64,000 nucleotides of DNA from Paramecium tetraurelia (Eukaryota). The translations under genes and the position numbers were made by a program. Position 1 is the stretch's first letter; every line of letters starts with the position of its first letter. The stretch is from assembly GCA_000165425.1 (NCBI GenBank), contig CT868679.1, forward strand, positions 186,001 through 250,000, given 5' to 3'. Positions 41,415-55,358 of the stretch are shown one piece after another. The notes under the pieces were generated by a model that was not told where the DNA came from, made no database searches, and saw only the letters and a list, made by a program, of their open reading frames with translations.

Positions 41415-41564
41415 NNNNNNNNNNNNNNNNNNNNNNNNNNNNNNNNNNNNNNNNNNNNNNNNNNNNNNNNNNNNNNNNNNNNNNNNNNNNNNNNNNNNNN
41501 NNNNNNNNNNNNNNNNNNNNNNNNNNNNNNNNNNNNNNNNNNNNNNNNNNNNNNNNNNNNNNNN
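41415..41564. other. Assembly gap (150 N) flanked by duplicated low-quality sequence
   Basis: Run of N. Bases about 41270-41414 recur at about 41590-41733. Confidence 0.97.
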
Positions 41565-42187
41565 TAAGGTGCGGTCTCACCTCTGGAAGAGTTTTTTCAA
41601 GTTTCCTCGATCTTTAACCAGATAGAATTTTATAGACCTCTTTTTAAAATAATGATATTATAAGAAATCGGTAATTTGTCATATGTTAATTGGTTAAATT
41701 ATCGTAGTATATAATTTATTCGATATCTATATATGCAATTTGATACTGGAAAGTGGAATTTGTTGTAGTACAAATTCTAAAAAATAATTAATAATAATAA
41801 TTTTTTTATTGAAGCCATCATAAAGAAACCTCTACCTACCTTCAAATAAGACATAAGACACTTAACTGATAATTTAGGAAATCCATAAGGCATTTATGAA
41901 ATTTTTTTAAAATTCAAATTATTTTCCTTTAATTGATTCAACAATTATTTCTAATATACATGAAAATTATTGTCCATTTATTGTAAACTTACTCATAGAT
42001 ATATTATATATTAGTTTTTTTGGAAATTTATTTGATCTTAGTAAACTGATATATAGAAAATTAGGATATAAAAATGTACTCTATTTATACAAACAACTCA
42101 GATTCTTAGTCAAAACGAAATATATGTTGTTTAATGAGAATATTTTAATTGATTATTATTTACAAAACATATAAATATAGTATTTAA

Positions 42188-42787
42188 TCATTAAGGATTA
42201 TTAGTGTTTTTAATTAATTTTGGTAATCCTTTACTTCTTTTTTATAATTTACTTTTATAAGTGTGTATATGTACCTTTTAGAAGCAAACAAGAGATTAAT
42301 ATTGGCTAACAGGATTTAGTAAGGGATGGTTGGTAATTTATTTGATTTCTTCTCAGGATGTTTAAATTGACATCTTTCTCCATAACAACAATAACTTTTA
42401 ATGTAAATTATTATTGATACCCATCTTAAGTGTAATTTTTACAAGTTTTAGTCTTGTAATTAGAGGGAACATGGACTTTTTATCTCACTTCATCTTTTCC
42501 ATGAGCAAAGGCACACTAATTTTATATTTTATAGAATACTTATTAGCCATAAGGACAATATCCTTCGATCGCCCAATATTTACAAATCTAAACAGGATTT
42601 ATTAACTAATTTACTTCAGTTTTGACTTTCACTTTGTAGGAAGCCTTTTTATTCGTTTTTTTGCTTGGCATTACTTCATCCAATTATTCATCTGAAATAC
42701 TCTCACTAAATAATTAATATTTTTGTTATACCAACTCTTTGTAGAGTGATTGCTATCAAATTCATCACATGAAATTTGTTAATTCAT
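42188..42787 (-). CDS. Tandem CCCH zinc-finger (tristetraprolin/TIS11-like) RNA-binding protein
   Basis: KVKTE-ICKYWAIEGYCPYGQQ-CAFAHG and NYKTKTCKNYTQDG-YCCYGERCQFKH. Five tiny introns. Confidence 0.9.
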
Positions 42788-43140
42788 TTTAAATAAAGTA
42801 ATTAATATCTTATTTTAAAATCTTAATAATATTATTAAAACCAATCCATACTATATATATTAAGGATGATGCGTACTTAATAATATTATTAAATCTTTAG
42901 AAATTGCCGGGATTACTAAATTTAAATAAACTAGAGCCATTAAATGAAAATAGATAATTATTTTAATTCTGCAATTCCTATTTTTGAATAATTGCCAAAA
43001 TAATGGAGAAAAGCATGGGTAATTGGGTTTCAACTATTTATGTCTATTTTTAATATATTAGAATATGAAGATCATTAATAATCATAATTGGGATACTTAG
43101 TTGTTCATGACAAACAACTATTATAATAATTACTAATTAA

Positions 43141-44181
43141 ATGAATTATTTATTTAATCAATTCGATATTTATCATCACCTTAATTTTGCATCTTTAACC
43201 ACCATACTCTACATTACTTAAAAAATACTAATAACCTCATTGGTTCAAAATTATAAAGAAAATGATGATTCATAAGGTAATTATATTAATTATATAAGAT
43301 AACAATACCCTAATACATTTTGAATTATTCATTAGCTATCCAACTTTACTAATGCTCATCAGTACAATTGCTAATACAGCATAATTATTGTTTGCCTTGT
43401 TTTTGCAATAGCTATCAGGATTTTCACTTTTAATTTGTTTTATTGCAGCGTCAATATTTAATGGAATTTCAATTTGGTGGTCATTAGTTAAGCTAAGAAG
43501 AACTTCCTACAGAAAGTCTAGATTATTGTGGATCTTATCATAAAATCTTCTGCTTGTATTTAATTATTTAAATATTTTAGATAGTAATTTTTTTTTATCT
43601 AGACTTCAATCTTAGTGGATTGACTATAGGAATATCATTTGCACTTTAATTGGTTGGAATATTTTTAGGGATGGCCATAGGATCGTTAAACATACAAGAT
43701 GCATATGGAGAATTTAAATAGTAATTTTTGGACAATCCTTAAGCAACATCAATTAAATAATAGATACTTTTCCATATATATTATGGACTCCTGCCATTTT
43801 TGTCATTAATAAGAGTTAGTCATGAAATTGTATTTCACAAGCTTTTCAATAACCCATTTGATTTGTTGTATTTTGCTTTAATTCAGTTTTTCTAAACAAG
43901 GATAATGACTTATAATGATGAAAATTGTTTAAAATCAAATTGGGGAATTAAAAGCTTGAAATTAGCCAAGTAACACATATAAATGATATCAATTTAGATC
44001 ACCAATGTATTATTTATTGATATATTAATGCATAATATCTTTGAATAGAGTAGATTCATTCGATTTTAATAATATAAAGAATATAGCTTTATGTGATTTC
44101 ATGATATTTGTTGTTTCTAATGGAGCAGTTGGATTATCCTCAATTTTAGTCTAAAAGTATTTGTAAGAATAAAAAAAATGA
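43141..44181 (+). CDS. Multi-pass membrane protein, unknown function (transporter-like)
   Basis: ATG at 43141, many hydrophobic segments, several tiny introns, TGA at 44179-44181. Confidence 0.6.
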
Positions 44182-44375
44182 ATAGCCATTATAATATGTA
44201 CATTAAAAATTAATATTTAATTAATCTTCCAAAATTCTGAATTACCATCAACATTTTAGATGCATTGATTTAGCTATTCTACAAGCTACTTATTTATTCT
44301 CAATCAATATTATAAATAATAATAAAAAATCAAATAATAAGCAATTAAATCATAGAATGATAATTTATTATAAAC

Positions 44376-44849
44376 TCAAACTTCCTAACACATTCCTTAA
44401 GTTGGAGTTACTAATTCTTAGAGATTATGGGATGTTTATTAAAAATTGAACCCTTCTTAATCCTTTGAATTTGATTATTATTATTTTTCAGTAAGAGTTG
44501 AATTCTTCATACTATCATTTTCTTTTTCATTTTCACTATCTCCATCAAATTAGAATGCTGCCTCTAAATCTTATTATTTTATTTTGCTAGGTTTACATTT
44601 TGTATTTTTGGTGACTGTAGCTGTTGTCTTAGAAGTTTTAATTTTAATGTTTTGCTTCTGATTAGATATTTCTTGAGAATTCTGTTTAACTACTTATTCA
44701 CAGAAAGTTACTCGCTATTCAGAAAATATCTATCCTGAACCTTAATTTTAAACAGTTAGCGGTTTGTTTCTAAAATATTTTCTCAAATATAATCCTATAA
44801 AAGTTAGAAGCAGAAAGAGCAAAATGAAAATAAATAGAGTTTACAACAT
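44376..44849 (-). CDS. Small protein with N-terminal membrane anchor (157 aa)
   Basis: MLQTLFIFILLFLLLTFIGLYLRKYFRNK... 158-codon intronless frame. Confidence 0.7.
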
Positions 44850-44861
44850 TATTTAAATATT

Positions 44862-47800
44862 TCAATTAAATTCTTAGTCTTAATGTTTTGATGCCACCAT
44901 CCTCGAATTCAATATATTGGTTTGGACTACTCGTTTTACATAGGTACCGTCGTCAACTTTATTGATAACTGATTCCCTAGTCTTAATAGTAATAAAAATA
45001 TTTACTCTAAACACTGATTCAGTTTTCATTCCTTCATATGCTTAATCATATTTTGCTATGACTTAACTATATTTGTTTATATGATCTTTATAGTCTAATT
45101 GACATTGATCATATTCTGCCTAAAGTTTATCGGAATATTTTTTTAGCTATGAATTTTAAAGGGTTAATTCTTCATTTTACCTTTTTAATTTATCTATCTC
45201 TTCATTCTATATTATAATTTTAGTTTCAAATCCTTTTATTTAGTTTAGAAGTTTTTGATTTTCAATTTTGAGCATATCTGTTTCATTTTTTTGTAAATTT
45301 CCTGTAGTTTACCTAGATTGTGCAAAATTATATGCATCCTAAACTTCATTTTCCTTAGTCTTTATGTCATCCTTTAAATTTTCAATTTCTCTCCTCAACT
45401 TTTACAATTCAGACTTATCTTTAAGAGCCTATGAACTTAATTGAAAGTTTTTAGCTGTTGATTCATCTCTTTCCTATTTCACAGTTTCATATTCTGCTAA
45501 AGACACTGTTTCAGTATCTAATTTCAATCTAAAATCTTCCAATTACTTTATTCTGATATTATTCTATTCCTCTAACTTCTTATTCTCATCTTGCAAATGC
45601 TATTCAGATGCTAACAAGGAATCATATTTAGTTTGTAATAATCTCAATTATGATTCCAAACTATCCTTTAGAGCTTAGAATTTCAATTCATTGTCATTTG
45701 TATCCAATTTGAACTTTTACAGCAATTGTATTTCTATTGTTAAACTTGAGAATTGCTATTATATTATAACATATTTATCTTAAAGATCATTAAATTCTCT
45801 CTATATATCTTCATAGCTATTCTCTAATTAATCATGCTTAAGTTATAATTAAGATAATCGTTATTCAGTCTCTTACTTTGATTTCTTCAATTAATTAAGT
45901 TGGAATTCTAACTTCTGTTATAAATCAACTTTCTCTTATTGTAATTCTCTCTCCCTCTCTTCATGTTAATCAGATAACTGAGTAAGTTTAGACTTCCATA
46001 ACTTTTCATCTTCTTAATTTTACCTTTTTTATTGGTCAATGGTATTATTTAACTTTTACAATTTCATGCTGTTATTTTATTCTAATTCACTAAATTTCGT
46101 ATCTCTTTCTTCTATTTCGTGAGTCATTTATATGATTTGTCTCTCTAAATCCGAAATCTTTTATTTAAATTAGTTTATTTGTTAATTTGCATTCTTAATT
46201 TATTTATCCTTTTCTTGAATATTTCCTTATAACTATTCTTATTATTATTATTAATTCATATAAAATTCATTATATTCGTTAGTTAAATCATCATGCTATT
46301 AAGTAATAATTGATAACTTCTACTCTAAGTCTTATTTCTATTTAAGTAATTGTTCATATTACAATTATTAATCCTTTAATTATGACTTCAATTTTTCTTT
46401 ATCTCTTTCTTAATTCTTAATTTCTAACTTCAGCTGCTCTAATTCTTCTTATAGTGATTCCAATTATTAATTCAAATCAGATCCCTTGTTCTCTTCAAAT
46501 TTAATTCTAATCTCGTATTCCTAGATTTGTTTCTACAAGAGTTGTATCTGTCTTTGTAAATCTTTATTCGAATTTGAAGATTTGAGCATGCTTTCATTTA
46601 AACTATTCTCCAGTTGTTCTTTTTCTAATTGTATCTCTGAAATTCTTTCTTTTAACTCATTTATTGTTTAAGTCATCTATTAGATTTGTTTTTAAAACTG
46701 ATTTTTTTGCTATTATTACTCTTACTATGAATTTTAATATTATTATTATAATTTACTGAGTTAAATCTCTAATTATGAAATTGTGATGGTGGAATTTTCT
46801 TCCATTGTCTTGATAGTTTATTTCAATTATGAAATTTCAGTTTCCCTTTCCTTAATCGTTTGTTTGAGCTTTTCCTTATCCTTTTCTGAGTTTTTCAATT
46901 GGGATGTAAATTAAGTAGATTATTATTGGAGTTACTATTGTAATTGATTGATTTCCAATTCCAATTGTGTAACTTTTTCACTATAGCTTTCAGTAGTTTA
47001 TTGCAATGTTTTTTTTAATTGTGATAACTCATTTTCCTTGTCTTTTAGCTTCTTTTCCATCAGTTAGAATTATTGTGAGTAATCTTATAAGGTTGAATTA
47101 AACTCTTCCTTCTCTTTGTCTGATTCATTTTTTAGATTATTGAGGTCATTGGTAGCTTGTGTTAATCTATATTTGAATATAAACAATAATTTACTTTTAT
47201 TTTAATTGTTTTATTTCATTCTCGTATAATTCATTTTTCTTAGATACACTATTTTATAATTATTATTATTATTCTATTAATTATTAGTATTGTTATTAGG
47301 AAGCCTCCAATTAATATTACAATTCATCAAGACTTTACTAGGATTTTCTAATTAAATTTAATAAGATACCCTGAGATTTATTACAATTATGTCTTGAGAC
47401 GATTGATCTCTAGAGTTAAATTAGCGATTTATGACTCATACTATTATCTCATGTATTCATATTCTGATTGCAGTTGATTTATTTGATTTTGCAATTAAGA
47501 ATTTTACGTTTTTTGATTTTCCAATTCAGCTTTGATTCTATTCAAGACAGAATCCTATTCTTGTTTTTACTATTGCAATTTCAAAATTTGATCTCTAGAA
47601 TTAGTTTATAGTTCAGCATAAGCTTTATCAGATGTATTTTTGTGATCTCTGATTTATACAGTGAATGATTCAAATTATTGTTTATTTTTTTGTCTTTCCT
47701 AATCCAGTTATTTTGTCAATTCATCAATCTTCTATTACTTCTGTTTCAATTCTAATTTTAGTTATTCTATCATTTATTCCCTCTCTTACAATTGCAATTA

Positions 47801-48916
47801 CAAATTCGATATCTTCAATTCGTATGAGATTTTTAATTCATTAGATCCCTTTTGTAAATTTTACGATCTTAAATTGAGCTAACAATTCACTTGATATTTA
47901 TACTTAATTTTCAAATTAATGTTAACGATCTTCTAATTATTAAACATGAGATTCTTCAATAAATTTCATCTTCTTGTTGATCTTCACAATCTTAATTTAC
48001 AATCTTTCAATTTCATTGTAAGCCAGAAATACTCTACATAGATGATTAAAATATAGAATTACTGATGTGATAATTGCAATTGCTATGTCAACTTTTCATC
48101 TTCCAATTGTTCAGTGTAATCTTAAGAATCCTTCAATTAATTTGATAGCAATGTAATCTTCTCAACCTAATGATAACTACTATTTATACATATTCTTCAA
48201 TCTCCAATTTGGAAGAGTGAACCAATTAATCATATTTTGAAGTGGTTATTTGTAATTGTTTTTACATTTCCTACATCTTCTCAAAAAATTGTCTTTCCTA
48301 TCCCTTTTGACTCATCCTAAAGATCAATATAAGTATTACAATTGCAAAGTAAGTGAATCTATCTACCTCTATAAATCCTCATAACCAGACATGTGATCAA
48401 TCGAAGTAACCTTCTGCAATTGTTCTTCTAATTCTACAATCCTTTGTTTGAGTAGTTTTATTTGTATCTCTAAATCATTTTTCTCTAAATTGAAATCTCT
48501 CTACATTCCTGTCGATTATCGTTCGATAGTTGATTACTTCAAATACTCGAAATGTTATCTATTGAAATATTTGGAAATATGTACTTCTACAACGTTAGTT
48601 TTCTTTCAGCTTCTGTTTATTAGGCTATTAACGACTCCTCAAGCATTTTAATACGTGCCTCGAGTTAAGTGACATAGATTTGAACTCTTTCTAGTTCTCT
48701 CGTTTGCTTGTTATTCTCTTGGATAGCAGTTTCCTTTTCCAGGTTAGTTTTACTGAGTTGCATCTTGAGTTGCCTGATTTATTCTCTCATCTATTGGACG
48801 GATTATTAATCCCTATTAAAAAGAGTGGATTAGGTGTTATCCGACTATTTATTTAGATTGACAGATGGTGAAAACAATGAATACGGTTCCTTTTCATTGG
48901 GATTTTATTTATACAT
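44862..48916 (-). CDS. Large coiled-coil protein (structural/cytoskeletal-like)
   Basis: ATG at 48916 (MYKQNPNEKEPYSLFSPS...), about 4 kb of E/K/Q/L heptads with tiny introns, TGA at 44864-44862. Confidence 0.8.
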
Positions 48917-49115
48917 TAAATTTAATTCTCATTAATTTAAGTGGAAAATTAAATGAAAAAGTATTATAATAATATCAATTGTGAGTTGGAATACAAATTT
49001 TAAACACTTTTGTATTATAAATTGTTCCACATTAATCTACACATTCAGAATTTATAATGATAAATTGATTATTTCTTTGGATTATATTATTTAATTAAAT
49101 TAATATAGAATACGG

Positions 49116-50908
49116 ATGTCAAAAAAGACTGTGGGATCAAAATACGAATACGAACTTTCAAATAGATTGGGTTAAGGAGCCTTTGCAGAGGTGTACAAAG
49201 GGAAAAATAAAGTGACAGGCGAAGTGGTGGCTATTAAGGTTATTAAAAGATCACTTTTGGCAAAATATGGGTACGATTATATTTCTATTTGTTTAAAGAG
49301 ATGACATTCTCAAATAAATTCATCAGGAAGTCAGTATATTGCAATCGCTGATGCTTTCCATGAGGAAAACCTTGTGTCCATTTATAAATAAAATATATGA
49401 ATGTCTTGAGACTTCAAATAACATTTACATAGTTTTGGAATTTTGCAATCAAGGAACTTTACTGGATAAAATAAAAAAGACTCGTAAGCTCCCTGAAGAT
49501 GAAGCTATTTTTGTGTTCTTCCAATTGGTGTAAGCCTTAGACTTTTTGTGCGATAACAACATTGCACATAGAGACATCAAACCTGAGAATGTCTTCATCA
49601 AGGACGGAGTGTACAAATTAGGAGACTTTGGATTTGCGGGTCAAAAATCCCTTTACCAAACTCATTTAGGAACATATCCATATATGGCACCTGAATTTTT
49701 TAATTCTTCATAATATGACGGAAATCAAGTGGACATTTGGGCATTGGGATTATTATTCCACGAGATTCTCTTTGGAGAGATCTACTTCATTGGAAACAGT
49801 CAATATGAAGTGTCTCAGAAGATCTTAAACAAGTAATATACATTGGGATCCCAACATTAATGTTGCAAAGAGATCAGGGATTTGTTGCCAAGAATGGTGG
49901 AGAAGGATAAAACTAAGGTAAGTTAAAATGAATATCATTGTGTAGCGTATAACAGCTAAATAGATATTGGAGTTGCCCATATTCTAGAAGTACAAGAATG
50001 ATAACAGATATTTGGAGATCGAGGAGAAGGAGAGACAATTTTGGTAATAATACTTGAAGAGTGAGAACACTAAAACTGAAGATGACATTTTAAAGGCTTA
50101 AAAGGAGGAAGAAGAGAGACAACGAAAAGAAGAGGAAGAGAAACAAAGATAAGCTTTGGAGAAATTGTAAAGAGAGGAAAATTAAAAGAGAGAGAGAATT
50201 AATTAATAGATCCCTAAGATTATTGATGTGATCAATGACATGAGGAATGGCATCATGATTATCATCAAATTATGCGAATTTCTACAAATTAACTTCAGTG
50301 AAGTCTGCAGATATGATATCTTCTACATTCTAAAGCAAGGATATCAACAATAACATCTCTTGAAAGAGAAATTGGATAATGCTGCAATGTTTACTAAGGA
50401 AGACCATATAGACTTTTAGAATATCGATCACGAGGTGTGGGACTACTTCTATCAAGATCAAAAGTATAATACTAATTTAATCGTAGGGTGTAATGTTTGA
50501 TCATCGAAATTGAACATGATAGAAATCAAGTAAGGAAATCATACATCGATCAATTCAACTATTTGAACAATTATACTACTATCTAATACAATGGGTATCT
50601 CTTAGAATTCCAATAAGTATAATCTTGAATATATTGCTTAGATTGGAAATCTAGATATTACTGGTGGAATCCCTAAGGAATTATTCTTGAATCAATTGGC
50701 TTCCACTATCACATTTTTGAAAGATGAAGAAACCAAATAGAGTGATTATGGGATTAAGTAATTGTTGAAGAAGGCTATTATTTGGATATTTGTTGTCGCA
50801 TTCTACCAAGATCTGGTTTCTGGCAATAAGGTTAACATTTCCAAGTTCTTGAGAAGCATCGATAGTAATGAACCAGAAGAAATGAAAAAATGCTTATATT
50901 CATAATGA
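49116..50908 (+). CDS. Ser/Thr protein kinase with coiled-coil and helical C-terminal region (ULK/Atg1-like by general motif style only)
   Basis: Motifs LGQGAFAEVYKG, VAIK, HRDIKPEN, LGDFGFAG, GTYPYMAPE and DIWALG. Confidence 0.9.
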
Positions 50909-50929
50909 TATAGATTATTAAAATATTAA

Positions 50930-52279
50930 ATGGATCAATAAGCAGACGGCGAAGGCAATTTAGGAATTTAAGTTCAAGTGGGCGATCCCATTGTCAAAAA
51001 GGATGGCCTCAAGAATTACGTTGTTTACACACTCAAAGGTTCTGATAAGGATGGCTAATTCGAAGTATTACGTCGATTCAATGAGTTTGATTGCTATCGG
51101 TATGTGTGAATTCTATGTAGAATTACTCTTCAGATAAGATGGCCTGGATGTTACATTCCTCCATTACCAATCAAAAAACCAGTTGTAAGTGTTCTCATAT
51201 TATCAAAAGGGAAATATGGATTAAAAGTTCATTGATGAAAGAATGCATTATCTCAATCTCTTTATGATGAAGATGGCAACAATCCATCATTTATGGTATT
51301 CCGAAGAAACTAAACTCTTCATTAAAGCTGGTGGCGATATTGAAAAAGTATTCATTTATCATTATTTCTCTAGTAATTAGTTGCATAATAAAAACCAACT
51401 CCTGGTGATATTATCTACAAATATGAAACAGTGTTTAAAGAATTTTCAGGCAAAGAAATTAATGATCAATTACTCTCTAAGATTGGCAATTTCTCTTTGT
51501 TCTTAAAGAGAATACAACCATAATTAGAAATCTTCTAATAATAAGCCAAGTAACTTGTGCAAACAAGGTAAGCATATCCATCTTTATTCTAGAATTCAAT
51601 GCCAAGAAAATATGAATCTCTTGTTAGACTACTTAATGCCTGAATACGAAAAGAATTGTTTAACTGAGTATGTTGTGAATCCAGAGAATAAACTTGTTTT
51701 CGTATAACATACCACAGAATTATACCAATAATATGTTATTTTAGTTTTTAAATTTTAGCGAGCAGCCAATGAGAAGAGTGCTCTTGATAATTTTGCTTTG
51801 GCTATCAAAATAGAAACAAGAGACATTGATGCTGTTCTAGAAGCCATACAATCCAGGGAAAAATATGAATAGATTAAACAAAACTATTTGACTAAATTGT
51901 GTAGTTTGAGCAATGAGAAAAAAGACATTGAGAATGGCAAAACTACTTTGAAATCTTTGTTTAATTCAAATAAGGAAGAATTAATCCAAAAAACATAGCA
52001 ATAAATTGATAATGTAACTCTATTCCAATACTCTACATATAGATTTAGAAGGAGATTGAATAGTTGACCATCCTATGTGATATGATAACCATAATTATTG
52101 GATATTTCATTCTACCTACATACAAGGTATTCATCTAATAAATTTATTTTAAGCAAGAAAAAGAAAAAAATTATTACTAATTATTAAAACAGATGGCACA
52201 ACATCAAGTTCAGAAGGCCTAAGCAGAGAGAAATTATTGGTTAGATTTAGATAAAAATCAAATGTTCAATGATGTCTGA
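50930..52279 (+). CDS. PX-domain sorting nexin with BAR-like helical C-terminus
   Basis: VGDPIVKKDGLKNYVVYTLKG...VLRRFNEF..., RWPGCYIPPLPIKKP, FIDERMHYLNLF. Many tiny introns. Confidence 0.9.
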
Positions 52280-52375
52280 ATTTTATATCTAAATATTACA
52301 TATAATATAACGATTGATGTAATCAAAGTAGACTTTTAAGACAGTAATTCGACTATATATATGCAATTATTTAAC

Positions 52376-53065
52376 TCATAATGATATTTCTGGTGAATCA
52401 GCATCTTCAAATATAATATCTTCATCTTCTTATTCTTATTCTTTTTCCTATTCCTATTCACTAATTTCTTTTCTAGGAGCCATGCCATTTCTCTTTTTAG
52501 GTTTCACTCCTTCTTTGTGATAATTGTGGATATGCATGACCAACAAGCGATGTGATTAGAAATCTTTGTTACAAATTGAGCAATTATAAATTTAATAATT
52601 ATTAGCATGCTTTTTAAGAACATGAGCTGTTACGTAAGTGAGAAGATTCTAAAACTTACAAAATGGACAATGAGCAAGCTTCTCTCTAGCTTCGCCTCTT
52701 GAGTAGCGAAATCCATCTGTTATTACAATGAATCTATAAACTTGCTACCTCAAAGTTCTATAATAATACTGATTGTGAGCTGCCATCACTTCTTCAAAGG
52801 TTTCCGCTTTCAAACATTCCAGTGCTCTCCACTATCGAAATTATTCAACTGTCTTGATTATTAACTCCTTGCTTTGGCGATGATTCAAATGTTAGTCAGA
52901 GACTTCCACTTAATATGGAACCAATTCTTTGAATTCTTCCGGAATTGAATCTACTACTTGAGTTAATTAAGGTAAAATATCTTTCGCTTCCTATTTTCCT
53001 TACATCTATTATAAGTTCTACAAAGCCTACTGTAATAGTTAAATCGTATGATTCAGCAAATTCAT
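52376..53065 (-). CDS. C2H2 zinc-finger protein (229 aa, two fingers, acidic tail)
   Basis: 230-codon frame with CPFCKFQNLLTYVTAHVLKKH and CSICNKDFQSHRLLVMHIHNYH, then KPKKR and an E-rich tail. Confidence 0.8.
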
Positions 53066-53312
53066 TAAAATAAAATACTCGTATAATCCATTTTGAATTT
53101 GGCTGCTTAATTATAATTACTTTATCATTCATCTCACCAAGTGTAAATATTACTTTCTGCGGTAATTCTATAATTTAAATTCGAGTTTGGATAGAACCTT
53201 GTTAAACATTCCAATCCTACTTGAAGTAATGAATGCTAAAGGGAGTAATTATTAAATTCTAAAGTTAAATCTCAACTTCTTGTTTATAATATTCATAAAA
53301 TATATATATATA

Positions 53313-54117
53313 TCATTTAATACTAATAGCTTATTCCGGAAGCTTTACTCTAATGTCATTTTCAATGATTTGCTTTATACACTCAATTACAAATTCAGAA
53401 TTTCCATCCTTAAAGTATTAATTTAAACTCTTCACCAATTACTTTTTATCCTCTTCACTTTTCACATCAACACGTGGGTATTTTTGCTAAATAATATGAA
53501 TAATCCTTTAATACTTGTTAATTTCTAGGCTACATTAAAGGTGATTAACCAGGCAAAGATTACTAAGGAACAATGTTGCCAAAAGCTTAAGCATCCTTGA
53601 ATTATTATTGAAATTATTATATAGGCTTTGTTTCACATTCTTGAGGTTTTTGGGGTTAAATTTAATATTTATTAGCACCCTATTAATTTAGATTTATAGA
53701 ATTTGGGGTAAATTTAGCATCAGCTTTTGGAGGTATCTGAATAACTTACGGCTTTTGAATGTTTTAATTGAAATTGTTTTAATTAAAATTGTTGTAATTT
53801 GGTGGATTAGCATTATTATTAGGGATCTATTGATTATTAATGAAGTTTCCAAATTATGCTTAGGCTTAAAATTATCCTGCAGGCTTTGGTTGTTGGAAGC
53901 TCTATTAGTTTTATTGATTGAATTAATTGAATTATGAAGAAGGATTAACTTATCCCTATTACAAAGTTGGATGTGATGTTGGAGCAAAATTTTAGGGCTA
54001 CCCACTTACCGGTTGTTAATTTTTATTTAGGTATGGAAATTAGTTCATTGGTTGATTTCCTTGTTGTAAAAATGGTTGGGCTTACTTACATTAATTCTAT
54101 TAAGAAAAGTTATTCAT
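53313..54117 (-). CDS. Q/N/P-rich low-complexity protein with short helical C-terminal domain
   Basis: MNNFSQQNQCKQAQPFLQQGNQPMNQFPY...QFNQFNQQNQQSFQQPKPAGQFQAQAQFGNF... One intron near 53496-53520. TGA at 53315-53313. Confidence 0.7.
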
Positions 54118-54196
54118 TAATTTTAATAATGGAATAATTTTTATTATTTTTGTGTGTTATATATAATATAGAAATATTAATAAAAATAAAATTGGA

Positions 54197-55354
54197 ATGA
54201 GACCCAAACCCAGAGCTAATAATAAAGAGCAACAAAATGTGGAGGAATAATAGCCTTAACATGTAATAAAGGAGGAGAAACCTATTAGTGATAAATATCA
54301 AGTGAAATACAATTCAAAAACACAATTGAGATTAGATGAAAAGGAGAGTTTTGTATTAGGAGTGCCAGGGACTAAAATTTATAGTGTGAAATGGGATGCT
54401 GAGGATAAATATATTGCTTGTGCTTGTGAAAATGGGACGGTTCGAATTTTCAATGTCAGAAAAAGGTAACTGTCCTATTTGATCAATTCTCTTGTTCCCA
54501 ACATCCCGTTTTCATATGTTAAATGGAGACCTCAAGCTTAGCAATTTAAGACGAGAAACATCTTTGTAACTGGAAACACAAAGGGCGAAGTGCAACATTG
54601 GCATATGACTAGTGGGAAATGTTTGGGAACAATGAAGGAAGACAATTCTGATATCTATTGTATAGATTACAATTAAGATGCAACCAAATTAGCGGTATGT
54701 GGATTGAATCCAATCATTCGTATACATGATGAAGAAAAAAGAGTAGTTGATGTTAGACTAGGAGTAGAATAAACATAACCACCAGGTCATAATAACAGAG
54801 GTATTAATTAAATATTATATATACAGTTTATTGTGTTAAATTTCATCCTCAAAATCCTAATATGTTGATATCAGGAGGTTGGGATTACAGAGTCTTAATC
54901 TGGGATATTAGATAAAAGAAGCCAGAAGCTAATTAGATTTACGGTCCCGTTGATTTGTGGTGATGGTATAGATATGAGAGAATCTTTTGATGGATAGCAA
55001 CTGTTAACAGCATCATGGTCATAAGAGAAACAGTTGCAAACTTGGGATCTTAGAACTTGTAAACTTATTTGTAACTTTGATTGGAATTCTCAAATAAAGG
55101 TTAGTAACCAACCGTGCTAATTGTATAGTGGATAATTCTCAAGGTAGTTTGATAATCAATTGACTTTGGCAGGAGGATCAGGTGAGAATGAAGTGAGGAT
55201 CTTTGATTCACAAGATTTTGACAATGCCTAAATATGCATCCATGATCTTTGCAGAGAAGTCAATACTGTAGACTGGGCACACAAAGATTCCAGATTTGCA
55301 TTCTCGGGTGGTGACGGCTACTTGAGAATATTTGAAATATAATAAATAAATTGA
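54197..55354 (+). CDS. WD40-repeat protein
   Basis: Motifs YSVKWD, GHNNR-VYCVKFHP...SGGWDYRVLIWDIR, LQTWDLR and GGDGYLRIFE. There is one apparent +1 base at about 54947. Confidence 0.9.
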
Positions 55355-55358
55355 TTTA

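Noticed and set aside
41270..41733. About 145-bp direct repeat flanking the second N gap (possible LTR or duplication)
   Set aside because: The copies abut the gap and differ mainly by G/T swaps. This is typical of unmerged overlapping low-quality contig ends, not a biological repeat.
42866..43144. 93-codon ORF overlapping the next ATG (ATGA) as a translationally coupled gene
   Set aside because: With TGA as the only stop, ORFs of this length arise readily by chance. It has no recognisable motif.
53066..53296. Possible small gene between the C2H2 and Q/N-rich genes
   Set aside because: No consistent frame or splice model could be supported by eye.
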